Of a stretch of DNA of 64,000 bases, positions 1 through 15,000 are shown piece after piece. The DNA comes from Caecitellus pseudoparvulus (lineage: Eukaryota > Protista > Bigyra: Bicosoecida). Location: contig CBFFRQ010000018.1 of assembly GCA_965644315.1 (NCBI GenBank), forward strand, positions 806,001 through 870,000. The letters run 5' to 3'. The notes under the pieces were generated by a model that did not search any database, was not told the origin of the DNA, and saw only the letters and a program-made list of their open reading frames with translations. A program made the position numbers and the translations under genes. Position 1 is the stretch's first letter. Every line of letters begins with the position of its first letter.

Positions 1-2
1 TG

Positions 3-3000
3 GACCTGACCTTGAGGTTTCCCGGCGAGGACCAGGCTACTGAGCTGCACCGTTTGGCAGCTGCTGCCGCGAAGTCGGCCATTGAAGGCCCCTGCCTTGA
101 CGAAGCTGCAGAGCTTGACCCGCAGCAAGCCCACGCTGCGGCACACCCGAAGCGTGTAGACCAAGCGCTGAGCTGGGAAGAGACGTTGGCGGCTTTGGCA
201 GCAACTGAAAAGGCATGCGACGAGGTTCGTCAGAAAGGGGGCGCATCGTCCTCTGCCTCACAGAGCCCGCTACACACCGTGATGTCCATCGTTGAGCACA
301 CCATGCTGGAGGTCCTGCCTGCTCCCGTGGCGTGGAGTGAGCGTCGGGCCGCCACGGGCGTGGTGGACGCTTGGACGCCTGCATCTGTCACTATCAGCGA
401 GCAGCGAAGCGCTCTAGCCATCATCTTCTCCCTCTTTTGCCACTACACTTCTGCGTGGCGCTCGCTGCCTTACGATCGCAACGCTGCGGGGGCACATCAA
501 GTCACTGCAGCAGCCCTGGCAGCAGCCTTTGACTCAACGCTCCGCCTCGTTGCAAGTGATGAGCCTTCCCCTCTGTCCCTGCTTTTGCAAGGTGTGAATG
601 ATGCATGGGCTTCAAAGTTTGCCATCCCCCTCGTACCGTTGATCGAGGCGGCAGGCATTGAAATTGCCACAGACCGAGCGGAGGCGGCCGCGGCCAGGGC
701 TGCCAGCCGTCGTGCGCAAGGCGAATCCGACACAAAAGACGACCGGCCTGTGCAGGAAATCCTACTTGATCGACCAGCATACCGTTATGCTGCAGCGTGG
801 GCTTGCGCGCCTGGCACCTCCCTGCCCAAGTTTGCCCCTGCCTTCACCTTGGACTACCACGAATGGGGCCAGCCCCACACCACCCTGCTGGCATTGACAG
901 ACACTGCTCTTTTTGCTGGGTACCCCCATGCTGCCTCAAGGAGGAGCCAAGTTGCTGCGTACTTTTCTGAGCTTGCTACCGCTTCACAGAGCAAGGGCAG
1001 AGACATGGCTGCGCCGCCCGCTCCTGGGCAGGAAGTACGAGCGCCCTCCGCCAAAGCAAGTGCCCTGGCACTGCCCCAGAAAGGGGGCAGGTTCGGATCT
1101 TCCATCAAGTTCAAGGAAGAAGATGCCTGGAGCGAGTTTACTACGTTTTTGCTGGCGGACATGAAGCGCGACAGTTGCCTGCCCCCGTCTGCCCCTGCGC
1201 TGCCCTTCACCGACACTCAAGTTGCGTCAGCAGCAGCCCGCGGTCAAGGCAGCTTCATGTACGTCGGCTACTGGATGAGTGAAGAGTGGGAAGAATTCCC
1301 GGAGTATGGACTGCTTCGTGATTTCCTGGTTGCCGTCACAAGCTCTGCCTTTATTTCAGTTCGGGGCAGCTCCGTGCTCCCCGGGGCACAAGGAGAGTAC
1401 TACCCTGATGACATGCACTCTTCCTGGGCGGTGACAAGGAACTATGCGGCAGAGGGACATGGGCAAGGGGACGACATTGACATGCAGATCAAGCACATGG
1501 GAGGTGACCTGCGCCCACGGGCGCCTGGCTCAGTTGAGACGGCAACGCTGAGCGACGGCCTGGCCCTTGTCGGCCTGAAAAGCTCTGTCCGCCCATCCAC
1601 AGCAGCTGGCTCACGCCCAGGTGGCTCTGGTGGGCTCATGTCAACAATCATGCAGGCGATGATGTCTGGCGACCCAGCCAGTGCTCAGGATGCCATGCTG
1701 GAGGCAGCAGAAGCAGCTGGAATTGAACTTCCAGACGACCCAAACGACCCACAACAAGGCATGGCCTTTATTTCTCGCCTCATGCAGAGCGGAGTGGGCG
1801 GCAGCGGGATGCCGGGGGGGATGCCCATGGGAGGCGTGCCGCCCGGGGCAACCCCAGGAGCGCCTGGGCAATGCCCCATGCAGACGCCAGTGCTTACCGC
1901 TCAGACACTGGATGACGCTGCGCATGTGAACCATGCCTTGGTCGCACCATTCGATGTGCTCCTGCAGCGCCCTGGTCCAGTCCAAGCTGCCGCTGGAGAG
2001 CTGCTGCGGGCACTTCTACTGCATGACCGACTTGCCTCAGAGCAGAAAGACCTCTGGGCAGCGTTCTGGAAGGCGTGGCCTCTTCTTGTCGGCCGGGGTG
2101 GGCAAGGTGGGCAAGCAGGAGAAGCAGACCATGTAGCGAGTGCGGGCGTGGATGACGAGGAGCGCATCTTGCGCGTTCGGGACTTGCCCACATTCAATGC
2201 GTCCCTGTCTCCACAGGACAGTGAAGCCTTGATCTCGCTGCTCACAGTGCGGTACACGCGCATCCCACTCTTGCTCCGCTTCTTCTCTGAGAACAGGCTG
2301 GGTGCACTGTTCCACCCCCACCTGCAGCTGCTCACGGAACGAGTCTTGTTCGAGCCGGGCCCATATGCCGCGGCTTCCTCCTTGTCACCTTTGACCATAC
2401 AAGCTGTTCCCCTCGGCTCTGCCGAAGAACACAGCGTCATGGCGACACCGTCCGGCTTGCTCGCAAACGAGCTGTGGCACTGTGCAGAGGGAGTTGCGGA
2501 CCCCCTTCTCGCGATTGCAAACAACGTCGCAAACATGTGCCATGGTCACTATTCCTCATCCTTTGTGGGGTTGCTGTTCTATGTCCTTCGCCTGGTTTAC
2601 GGTGTTGAGGCATCCCTCGTGCAGGCTGTGGAAGCACACATCACCTCTGGGTCGCAAGCTACGCCGCAAGGCAAGTCTGCCAGCGTCGCACTGCTCAGAC
2701 TGCGCAAGTTCACCCTGGGAACAGCAAGGGCTGTCTTGCTCAAGTACATCGACCAAGCTGCCGCTGACTTCGATCGCCTGGGCCGAGCGGCGGATGCGCA
2801 GACACAGCCAGGGGAATCTCAAGCCTCGAGCGAAGAGGTGGCATCGCAGCGCAGCGTCATCACGTCAACGCAAGTGACGCTTCATGCCCACCATGCCCTG
2901 CTCTTTGCCTTCCTAGCTCAGCTGGCTGACGATGGAGCCGGGGAGAGCAAGGCTTCCGACTCCGCATCACTGCAGCCTCCGATTGGCGAGCAGGACCTGT

Positions 3001-6000
3001 TTTATCTGAGCCCGGAGCATGCCAGCGCAATGCTTTCTTCGGTGAGCTTTGTGACCGCGTGGGCATCTCAGCGGTCCACTTTCCCGCTGGGAGACACCCC
3101 GCAGGAGGTTCTCAAGGCGGGCGGGCCGTCCTTGTCCGTGCCCCTTGGAGAAGTGTACCGCGCCATGTCACGGCAGCGCCGCAGCATCACCACCATTGCA
3201 GCTGCCATGCCAGCGAGGGACCTTGACCACCTGCTTGACGGGGTGCTCAGCACTGCACTTCGGCGGGTGGAGCACAGGCCAGGGTGGGAGCCAGCGTCCA
3301 AGCCAGCGTTCAAGTGCGAGCGCACGCTTGGATCACCACACCCATATCTTCCAGCAACCGACACCTACGAAACCATTTCGTTCCCTGGGGCAGAGTCTAT
3401 GACACTCTCCTTTGATCAGAAGTCTGCAACTGCCTCGGAGCGTGACTACGTCATTGTCTACACCTCTTCGGCTTGTGCCTCATACTGGGGCACCGGCAAG
3501 TTTTCCCTGGCTGATGGCTGGCCCGGGGCAGGAGGTCGCCCGCCTCTCGTTATCCCTGCAGACAACGCAGTGGTTCACTTTCACTCTGAAGGGGATTCCA
3601 TTGGCGATTGGGGGTGGGGCTTGCACGTGGAGGCCACCGTCAACGCCCCCGCTGCAATGAAGCTGAGCACACAGCCACTACCTGGCGCTGCAGCGGCGAG
3701 CCTGTGCTCAAGTGCCGGCTACGATGTGGGCAGTATTCCCTCCACCATCCCTCTCAGCTGGGCGCAGGCCGCGATGGCGGCAACTTGGAATGACCAAGCA
3801 GCTGCCCTGCAGCATGTGGAGCAGCACGCTTTGCAGCTGGCGGCACGCCTTGGTCTTGACGGCAAGGCCACAGCCGACGGACACGAGTCTGACTCTTTTA
3901 CTGCACTCTTCCGAGATGGCACCGGGAATGTGCAAATCGATCTGCAAACTGGGGAAATCTTCATCGGCAATCGCTCCCGCGCGCCAGTCCCCAGCCACAT
4001 TGCCTCACATGCAGACTTCGCCTCGGTGTTCGGATCGGAGCGCCCACTCGCTTCTCTGCTGTCATCGAACTTGCATGCGAAGACGTTTGAGCTGGACCAT
4101 GGCCTATTCACTTACCGCTTGGTCGCCTGGACGCCGGTTGGCGCACCCCCCTCAGAGCGCGACATGGTCAACATCCACGCGCCAAGCAGTCGCCAAGAAG
4201 GCGATGCAGGGGCGGCTGCAGCAGAGCCACTACCTGCACCTGCCTCCCAGCCTCTACTTAAGGCAGAGCCATCAACTGTGCACGAAGATGATGATATGCT
4301 GTTGAGTGAGCAGGCGACACACCGAAACATGCCCCTGCGGATCAGGGGTTCTGTCGAGTGGCGTGGCCAGAAGTACTCCACTCGCTGGTCTCCAACATCG
4401 TTCGAAGCCATGCTTGAAGAAGTCCTCGTCTCCGCCCTGACTTCAGCTCAGCTTCCCCCTGGCACGCCCAGACAGAGCTTCCTGCTTCCTGAGGGTGTCG
4501 GGCAGAGTCGCAGCAGCCACGACGTCGTTGCGGCAGCCATGGACGCCTTTAGTTCAAGCCGCCTGACCGCCCGAGTGCTTCACTTGTTCGAGTGGATGGC
4601 GCCGGCAATCACTGCCACGGCTGGCCTAGTGGAAGACCACATCATCCGCACGGGAGGGGCGCAGCAGGCTGGCGGAGGGGATGTGGACAAGGCCGGCACA
4701 GGCCGCAGCGGCTCTCGCATGTGGGCCAGTGCAAACGCTGTGCACCGAGTCGCTGCAGACATTCTTCGGAAATTGAAGCTGCATGAAGCAGCGGCTGAGC
4801 AGGAGGCTCAAGCTGATGCAATGTGTGGAGCTGGGAGTGGTGCAGCGGATCCCTCCACACAGCCTGCCACCGGGGATGTACTTCTCCGAGCTTTATGGTT
4901 TGTGCCCCCCCAGGGTGATTTCATCAAGCGCCTTGGAAAGCCTGGGACTTGGTTCTCTCTGGAGGTGTCCGCCACGCGGCAAGTTGTGCAGGTGTACCAA
5001 CTCGTTGAGTCTGGGCGCCGGACTCTGCGCAGCCTTGTAGCCTGCTCTGACGGCAGAGCAGCCCTACGGTCCATCGACGTTGTGCCTTCCACGATGCAGC
5101 CGGACCAGTTGCTGCATGCAAGGCATGCTGTCGCGTCCCCGTGTACCGAGTCTGACCCTGCTGCTTTGATTGCAGCGCGCACGAAGTCCAAGACCCGCGC
5201 GCCGTCACGGCGGTGGGCTTCTTCCAAGCCAAAGCAGGGCCCAGCCCCCAGCTCCATCGGCAGCATCATTGTGTCTCGAAAGTTTGCCGCTGCAGGGGAT
5301 GCGGGTGCCTTCTCCCGGACGTGGGAAGAGCATGTTCCTGAGCACTTGCTGTACGGTTCTCTCCCACACGCCTTGCTGGAAGCGTATGATTTCTGGAAAG
5401 GCACGCGCCCAGCGCTGCCGCAGCCAGTAGGGAGCACAAAGTTTGTGTCTGCCGGACCATCCCTGGCAACAGTCTTGCGAGGATACCCTCGCGATGACTC
5501 CGCTGACAGTATCCTTGAAGTAGACATCGCCTCCGACGGGTCTGGACATGCCATTGTTCGACGTTTCTCGATGCAAGCGTTCCGAGCACACTGCAGAGCC
5601 CTGGCTGACATTTCCACGTTGCGACGACAAGCTTCCAAAGCAGCAAGTGGCGCCGCCCCTGCCCTGGCAGTCTCAGAGTCGGCAGCTTGGAGCAAGTACG
5701 TCGCTGCCATGTCTCAGATGGATGAAGGGGCTGTGTGCACCCTGCTGAACGTCTCGTCGGGATCGCTGTTGAGCCCAGCGCGGCGGATTGCTGACACTCT
5801 GTCGCGCATTGAGTCCATTTCGCATGTGCTGGTGTGGAGTCACAGCTTTGCCTTCCAGGGGGCCAACGTATCGGTGTCAAAGGTGGAGCTGCCCAGGCTA
5901 AAAACCAGCTTCTCACCTCGCCTGGACGAAGAGGGCCGCATGAGGGTGTACTGCGACGAGTTCTCAGGGCACTACCTTTCTGATGACCGGGACACATCCA

Positions 6001-9000
6001 TCTTGAGGCACATGAAGGGCATCCCGCATTCTGTGCTGCTGTCCAACAGGGCAGGCGAGCACAGCATTTTGGTCCCCAACCTTCCTCTCCATCGACCAGC
6101 AGTGAAAGCAGAGCCATTCACGACGGACATCATCACTTGCCACGGAGAAGGGTGGGAGTCTGCCGTTTCCACGAGGCTCTACCGATATCCTGTCCACGCC
6201 TCGGGCGCCTTTCTTGCTGTACCCTCCGTTGCTGCAGCATGGTACCTTGTGCTGCTGCGACTGATGCACAGGGACTATGAGGGTGCCGCAGAGCTGCTTC
6301 CTGCTTGTGCCACTGATGTCGCCTTTTCCTCAGAGGAAGCGTGGGTGGCAGCCATGGTGAACCGCACAGCAGGCTTTGACGAGGACAGTTCTGAAGCACC
6401 TAGCGAAGGCGGCCCTGAAGGACAGGGCGAGGTCAAAATCGACGCGCCTGACATGCACCCAAACGCGCACGCTTTGCGACTCCGGCTGGCCCTCATTCAG
6501 TTTGAAGCAGGAATGCTGACCGGTCCACTGGTGCCAAAAGTGCTTGCGCGAGACTTCACCAAGTACGTCAGCAAGCAACCCCATGTGGCAGCGTTCGCCC
6601 GCCTCTCTCCCAGTGAGGAGGTGGATGTCGTCGCTGGCATCAAAGCAGCTGCTGGTCCTGATGCTGGTGACTTTGCCTCTGGGAGGCAGGAGTACGCCAG
6701 TGCGCTTGTCGCTGTTGCTGAGGAGAGTGCCCTGCAAGCAGAACGATTCGAATCCGTCCGTGCGGAGCTTCGAGCCCAAATCGCTGAGGTGGACTTGCAC
6801 CTTTCGGCCGACCTTGGAGCAAGTGCAGACGGAGTAGAAGGTGCAGCTGGGGCTCCTCCACCCCCGCCCCCAGCCAGCAGGCCATCGCTGACGACAGAAG
6901 TCTCGACTCTGGCGGCGTCTGGCATCTTGCGCTCTTGCACAGTCCAGACACCCCACCCATTCGCTGGGTCTCTTCTGGTGGAGGGTGCAAGCCGTCAGGT
7001 AGCGCGCACTCAACGCAACGCAGACTCGTCCGGGGGGGCAGCTGCTGATCAGCAGCGTAGCAGGGTGCTGTGGCAACTGCAGTGGTTCAAGGGTGGAGAA
7101 TCTGTGGAAGTGGCATTTTCGGAAGAGTGCACTTTGGGAATGGGCCCGGCTGAGCTGCGCGTGTACGCCGTGGAGCAGTATCCCCCGCAGTCAAGCGGCG
7201 ACGGTGCAGACCCTGCTTCATCGGAGATTCTTGAGCTCAGCGGGACATTTGACTCCGAAACTGACATCCCAGCATCATGGGAACTGCTGGACACCTTGCG
7301 AGATTCTGCAAAGGGCAACAATTCCGGACAGATGCTGTGGCCTGGAGTTGGCGGCATGCCTGCCTTGATCGCAGATGCACCAGGCGTTGCGCTAGTGTAC
7401 GTGCAAGGCGCAGAGGTCCCACCAACACACATCCCTCGACGCGGCGGTTTGGTCGCGGTGGAGCCTCCTTGGGGCTGGAAAGCTGTGGTGACTGCCTCGG
7501 TGCCCATAACGTCAGGAGCTGAGGCGGTTGCCGAGCTTTGGCAAGGTGTCAAGTTGTCCCGCCAGGCGTCTTCCAAGGCCGCAGAAGAACACGACACAGC
7601 AAAGCTGCAGGAGCAGCGGGCACAGCTCGTGGCTCTCTTGGAGGGGGCATTTCCGGCAGAGGTGACCCGTGAGTTAGCGTTGGGAGGGCCCTCGATGGGC
7701 TCTGGCTCGTCGGCTGTTCGGGACGTGCTGGAGGCGGTGGAGCACCAGCTGCAAGGCACTGGCCAGCTCAAGGAAGGCTCTGCAGCGCCAGTGTATGACC
7801 CTCTGAGTGAGGTTGTCATGTCGTATGATCCGGCACCCACCTCGTTGTTTCAGTATGTTGGTACTCTCGCGGACTCTTCAAGCTCCATGGGGGTTCCGCG
7901 AGAAGTGCAGCAGGCCCGATACGTGCGCCCGAAGCCAGCTAGTGACACAGGCGGGCACATTGAGTGGTGGGAGCTCCTTGAAAAGGTCTGGAATGACGAC
8001 ACGCCGGGGCTCATGGACACGCCCAGCCGACCGGGCTGGGCGTTCCTGTATGAGGTTCTGACGTCTGCAGTGCCAGTTGACATCACAGCCCTGCCACCAA
8101 AGGAAGATCCCTCCATGAGGCAGGAAGAGGAAGAAGAAGGCGAGAGCAGTGGCGGCGCAGCAGCAAGTGGGTCTGGAAGGGCAGCATCGACAGACGCCGT
8201 GTCACACTGGTACGAAAGCAGCCGTGAAGGCTCGGGTGGCACCGCTGACGCCCCGTGCTTGACGTCGTCTGCGACGGCAACATACGTCCGACTGATTCTG
8301 TTGAGCATGCTTGCACACCACTCTGCTGGCCCCGCTTCAGCGACTGTCCCTCAGCAGCTTTACCTAGTTTTGCTCGGTGCAACAGTTGCTGCAGCTGCAG
8401 CTTCCCGGCCGGACGTGGCGGTGGACGTGTTCGCGAAATCCTCCCTCAGTGCTGGCGAGCAGGTTGAGCCGTTCGTCTCCCCAGATGCTGGCCCTGAAGA
8501 GCGGTTCACTTTGGAGCAGTTCCCACTGCTGCCGCTCCACGATGAAGCCATGGCCATTATGGCGCAAGAGCGGGGTGTGTGTTCCATGGAGTACTTCCTA
8601 ACTCGCAAGTATCAGGACTTCCCGTACCAGGTGGGGGCCCCATCAGATGTCGCGCAGGCCTTCACAGCCTTGACTGGGCAGCAAGGCCACGGGGGGGGGC
8701 AGGCCGCCTCCAGGATGGGGTTTTCCATGTGGCACAGGGGTACAAACATCGGCCCCATCCTTTGGGCTCGCATTGTTGCATGTGTCGTGAGGGGCGTGAA
8801 CAGTGGTGCCTGGTTGCACGAGAAGAAAGTGCGCGAAGCAGCGCACGCAGTGTTGGACAGCAGTGGGACTCTGGCAGTGGGAGCACTGCCAGAGGTCAAG
8901 CAGCAAATGTTGGCCGCGCATGCTCGTGACGTTGTTAAGCTGACTATTTCCCTGAAGTGCCTGCCCCCACCGAGGGCAGTTGTGGACGACACCTCATGCG

Positions 9001-12000
9001 CTGCGCGATTCCTGCAGAGGAAAACGGCGGGCGTGGCACCCGAGGACCTGGAACAATTTGCCAGCAGCCCGCTTGGCTCATTAGCCCAAGGCGATGGACC
9101 TGGTGCGCCGTTTGTGCAGCTGCTACCTGGACCGGGTAATGATGAGCACCCTGATGGGCCACTCCTGGACGCGTTGCCCTTTAAGCTGGGCGAGACGACC
9201 AAAGGGATGGCAGCTGTCGAGTCGTACGTTGGAGCACAGATGCTTGAGCGCATGGCCAGTGATTTAGATGCTTCAGCACAGAAGGCTCGCAGCAAGAAGG
9301 TTCCCCAGCTCACAGTTTTGTGTGACACAAAGCTGTCCTGCATTCAAGCAGCGGTATCAGCGGCAGACAAGTCCGTGCAAGCCGCCCTTGCAGGTGCAGA
9401 TGGGCACACCTTGAGCCTTGAGGCTGCAGCTGGTTTCTCAGATGAGGCTGCCCAAGTAGTCACCGACGCGATGGCAGAGCTTGAGCGCTTGCAGAATCAC
9501 TTGCAAGGCCTGCGTGCTCGAGACTCGGCCCAAGCAGCTGCAGCACAGCGGGCGCTGGTACGCGCAGCAAATTGGACCTCGCCATCAACCGAGTCAAGTC
9601 CGAGCGAAGTGGCGGAGCGTCTGACTTTTTCGATGCTTCGTGCTCACGGAGATAGTGCGTGGATTTCGTTTCCGCTCTTGGCGGCAGTGGTAATGTCCCC
9701 CTCCCCGCAAGCGGTGCTTTCCAAGCTGAACCCCTTCCTCAGCGAGGAAGGCATCAATCAGCTCTTGTGCGAGACACAGGTCCTGTTGCTTCGTTGCAAC
9801 AGGATTTCGCAGTTGGCTCGCTGTGTCGCGGATGTGAGCAGCGTCATGGACCGTCTTTCTCAGCTACTGACAAGCAGACTGTCCGCCGCCGCGCAGCTCT
9901 CTACCCCTGCCGGCCACTGTGCACCGTCCCATGCCATAGTCTGCCAAGCCCTGGAAGAGTCTGCGTTTGACCCGTGTGGCGCTGCAGAGCTGCTTTCAGT
10001 GCACCTCCGGTCCGTGGCCTCTGCATCTGAGGCAGTCCGGGACGCGCTCAGCAGACTGCCAGCCCATGCAGGTGAGAGCGATGAAACGCCCCAGGTGGAC
10101 GTCGGAGAGCCGTCGAAAGCTGCTGACGCTGCTCACCCTCCGAGCAGCACTGCCTCCCCAGCCGCCCGCCTTGAAAGGCTGGCTCCTCGCCTAGCAGCGC
10201 TCGCCTTGCAAGTTGCATACAAAGAAGCAGGGGCGTTGCCCCTGCAGCGCCTGTCAGGTCAAAGCCTGCAGGGTGCGCTTGACAAGGCCCTCTCGCGGTT
10301 GTGCCCTGACACACAGGCAGCCACCCTTCGAGCTCTCCTAGGGGACCACCACACCGCTTCTTCGAGCAGCCCTCGGTCGCCCGACTCGATTTCGCTTCGC
10401 TCGCTTGCATTCATCTCATGGCTGCTGGAGTGTGTTGTGGACGTTCGGTGTGCGTGGAAGGGGACTGTGCTGAGTGTGCCCGCTGCACCAGCGCGCCTGA
10501 GCACCCGAAAACAGTGCCTGGAGGTGTTTGCGGATCGGGTCAAGTCCTCATCCGCAATGCTTCATGTGCTGCGCCATGCGGCCATGCGCTTGGCTGGACA
10601 ACTCACAGCTCGCCGACACTTCATGCATGCCGAGACAGGAGGGTGGCGGTACGACCCCCGCTTCCTTGTATTCGAATTTGTGTCCACCTTCATCCTGCGT
10701 CGGCGACAGGTGGAGCTGGTTATTGACTTCTTGAAGGCCGCCTACGCTGGCGAGTCCAACGTCTCTCAGATGATCATGGGCCAGGGTAAGACGACGGTCA
10801 TTGGCCCGCTCCTTGCTCTTGTTCTTGCTGATGGGCGCTCGCTCGTCACGCAAGTGTGCCCAGCCCCCCTCTTGGACCAAACGAAGAGTGTGCTTCGAGG
10901 CGTTTTTTGCTCTGTCATTGCGAAGCGCATTTTGACACTGAAGTTCGAAAGGTCCTCGCCGCTGTACTTTCCCGATGAGGCAGCAGGGGGGCCGGCTGCC
11001 GGCATTGAAAAGCTCAAGGGGCTGGTGCGCAAGTTGCAGCGCGCGAAGCGTGAGCGAGCCATCGTCGCCACAACGCCTGAAACCCTGAAAAGCATGATGC
11101 TGAAATACGTGGACTTGCTTGCCACGGTTGCAAGTGCGCCAGTGGAGAGCCGCATGGACATTGAGAGCATCCCTGCACGGGCCGTCAGAGACGCAGCAGG
11201 GAGAAGCGCCGCTTCTCTCTGGGCTGCAGGGGCTGCAGCCGACCAACTTCGGAACCTCATTGCCCTGTGGGGCGGGACAGCAGTGTGGGATGGCGTGCTG
11301 GCGGAAAGTACTGGTGGCTGCGACCACCGATTCCCTGGGTTGAACAAGAAAGTGCCCAGCAAAGGGCTGCTTCTGCTTGATGAAGTGGACTTGCTGCTTC
11401 ATTCCCTGAGGTCTGAGTTGAATTTTCCGGTCGGCATTAAACACCGCCTGAACATGTGGCCGCGACGGTGGGAGTTCCCCATTCACCTCCTTGATGCCCT
11501 CTTCGCCTCCTGCGACCCAACATCCGGCGTGGCACAGCTGCTATCTGAAGGCATCGCTCCCGCAGCATCCCAGGCTAGTCCAGACGAGGGCGACTCTGAG
11601 GTGGCTGAGGAGTCCAGCGACCAGCTTGACCTTTCCGCAGATTCTGTGACGTCCGGCATGGGGCGGGTTTCAGTGCCTGGCTTCCGATCGGGGTCCGAAA
11701 GTGACTCTATCCTCCGCGAGTTGCGTCACGCGCTCGCTGATGGCGTCGCCTCCTTTGCCATGCAGCCACTGCCTCACCCTACTCTCCTGTCGCCGGCTTT
11801 TTACGAGGCCCGCCTTCGACCTGTGCTTGCTCGGTGGGCAATGCTGTGGCTGCGATCGCAAAGTGCAGTGCAGCGCACGTTTGGCAGCTTGCCCCTCGCC
11901 GCCGCTGCACCAGTCATTGCTGAGCTGCTTCAAGTAGACTGTACAGAGCCTGCAGGCGTTGCTGCTGCAAGGGCAGCTGCTGCCCGCGTGCCTGACACAC

Positions 12001-15000
12001 GCAGCCTCGCGGGGGACTTCTTGGTTGGAGATGCTCCTGTGCTCGGCGGCGCTGCAGAGGAGCATATTCTTGCCTACGTACAAGGATGTCCCATCCCCTC
12101 TTCCCCACCTGCGCAGTGGCTGCAGGAGCAACAGCGCTTGGCAGAAGAAGAGGCGGTGTCGCTCCTCTCAGCCGCAGCGGCGGTTGACGAAGGCATTGCT
12201 GATGCCGAGCGGGCAGAACTTGCATCGCAACCAGCGCTCGCGATGCAGTGTGTGAACCTAGTCCGCGAGTGGATCACAACGTTCATGCCCCACTGCATGA
12301 GCAAGATCAACCGTGTATCGTACGGGCTCCTGACCCCCCGAGACCTCGCGCGGTACACGCAAGAGATGCTGGGTCGCATGCCACGCTCCCGCCGCCTGCT
12401 TGCTGTGCCTTTTGTAGGCAAGGACGTGCCATCTGATGCATCCGAGTTTGCCCACCCGGAAGTGCTGATCGGGTTGTCCATCTGCGCCATGCGGTACGAA
12501 GGCTTGCGCCGTTCGGACTTGAAAGTGGTGCTGGACTCGATGAAGTCCGACTTGCAGAACGAGTCTGGTCGCATGGAGAACCGCCCCACTCGTGTTCTCT
12601 TTTCTGATTGGCTCGCACGCGCTGATGCCGACTTCAAGCAAGTCCTCGAGGCAGTGGCACTGCCTGCTGAGTCCAAGCAAGCGCTGTCTCAAATCTCGCC
12701 AGCCCAATCAGTGCTCCCCCTGGAACTGGCACAGCCGAGAGAAGCCACCCAGTTTGACAGCATGTACAGTGCGTTGCGGAGAAGCCCCGAAATCATCACG
12801 CATTACTTGAGGCAACACGTGTTCATGGAGGTCATGCGCCATCAAGACATCAAGCTCACTGCCACAGGGGTGGACTTGGGCTCAGACATGCTGTTCGGAA
12901 CCCGCTTGGGTTTCTCTGGAACCCCCTCTGATCTCCTACCGCTCTCTCTGCGGCCTTGCCACTACGAGCCAGGATCTGAAGCGGACATTGTCCGAGTGCT
13001 GACTGATGAAAGCCTTGTCAGTGCTCAACCGCTGGATGCATGGAGCGTGACTTCTTTGTTGAAGCACATTGCCAAAGCCTCTCCACCGTTCCATGCGCTG
13101 ATTGACACCGGAGCCCTGGTGACAGGCATGAACAACGAACAGGTTGCACGCTTCCTGCTGTCTGTTGGGCTGCCAGGCATGCGTGGTTGTGTATTCTTGG
13201 ATGACAAAGACCGCAAGAGCATCGTCCTGCGTGAAGGCGGCGCGCCCATGCCCCTCGCCGAGTGTGGCATTCCTCCCCACGAGCGCTTTTGCTTCTACGA
13301 TCAAACGCACTGCACCGGCATGCACATCGACCAGGCTCTGAATGCTCGTGCTGCGGTCACACTGGGCAAAGACATGACCCTACGTGACTACGCACAGGGT
13401 GCATGGCGCATGCGCGGGCTGGGGAAGGGGCAAACTCTGACCGCAGTCGTCGTGCCTGAGGTTCGGGAGCTTATCGAAGGAGTTGTCTCACGGCAGGCGC
13501 CCCATGCTGCGCAGGGTGGTTCGGCAGCAGGTACGGGGCTTTCTCGGCAAACTGGAGCGTTGGGCCCTCAAACTAGCGATGGCGAAGGCGGCAGCCCGCT
13601 GCCTCCTGCACCAGCACTTTCGCTGACCCGTAGTCTCAGTTCCAGCGTTCCCGCTGACGTGCAGTTGTCATCGCGGCCTTCTGGCCTCACGCTGTCTCTG
13701 CCAGCCGCTGTCGTCGCATGGCTAACGTTCAACAGCATTAAATCTGAGCAGCTTCAGTTCCTTGCGCTATGCCAGCAAAACGTCGCGTATGCCTGGCGGC
13801 GCACTGCCTTCACGGACCTGATCCGCACTTCTCAGCCTTCCCAGGCCCAGTTCAAAGTTTCGCGACTGGGGTTGAAGACTCGCTTCCACGCGCCAGTGAC
13901 AAGGGCCGAGGTGGAGGCCTTCTTGCACACCATCCCTGCTGAGCAGGTACCGGTAGAATTCCCGGATTCTGCCTCAAACGAACCGTCGGGTCACGGGCAA
14001 GATGGCCGGTTAGCTGCGCTGCTTGAGCGGGACCCGGAGTCTTTGACAACCGACGAGCAGCTGGAGCTTGCCCTCCTCATGAGTGCATTGGATGCACCAC
14101 AGCCCGCACCCGCTGAGGCTGAGGACAGTGGTGACGCCACAACAGCAGGAGCGGGCGAGGGTGAAGCTGGAACTCCCACCCAAAGCACAGAAGGGGGTGC
14201 TGCCGGGGCTGTCACTGATGCTGAGCCTTCACAGCCTGGTGGTGGGGAGCCCCCTGTAGAGCTTGTTCGAGGAAACGTTGCTTGGCTGCGCATGTGTGTA
14301 GAAGTGTTCCGTGAGCCTCTGGACATGAGCATCCCGTCAGACGTGCCAGAACCTCAACCTTTCGAAGCCAAGCTTGCCGCGGAGGCGGCTCGCTGGAAGG
14401 AACTCATTAGTGCTGAGGAAGACAAGGCTGTGCTGCCTGGAATGACGACCAAGGCGTACGTTGCTGCTATTCTGGAGGAAGCTGCCCAAGCCACTGCTGC
14501 GCAAGGCGAGGACGCGTACAAGTCAAACAGCCATGATGCCGAAGTTGTGCAAGAGCAAGAAAAGGAATCCGAACAAGAGGCACAAGTGGAGATTCAACAG
14601 GAAGTTGAGGTGCAGTTTGCAGACGGAAGCGACACCTTGATGCCATGGCCGCTGACCGCACTGAGGTCGCAAAGCTTGTCGTCCGAGGAGGCAGCGGCAG
14701 TTGCCTCGCTGTCTGGCTCGCAACCGCCCGCAGCGCCCCTAGGCCTGCAAAGCCTGCTGGCGGATGGCATGTTTTATTCCATGCAAGACTTTGAGTTGCT
14801 GCGTGGGCGAGAAAAGCTGGCTTTCCCTGCTGGGCTCCTTGTCTCTCAAAACCACACTCCCCAGTTGGCGTCGCCGACGTTGCCGCGGCGCCTGCGCAAC
14901 GTGGTTGTTATCCTGCAACTTGCAGACAGGGGCGGTTCTGGTGATGACAGCAGCGTCATGCTGTCACTTCTGGAGGCGCAGACCGTCCGCCGCGCCGTGC

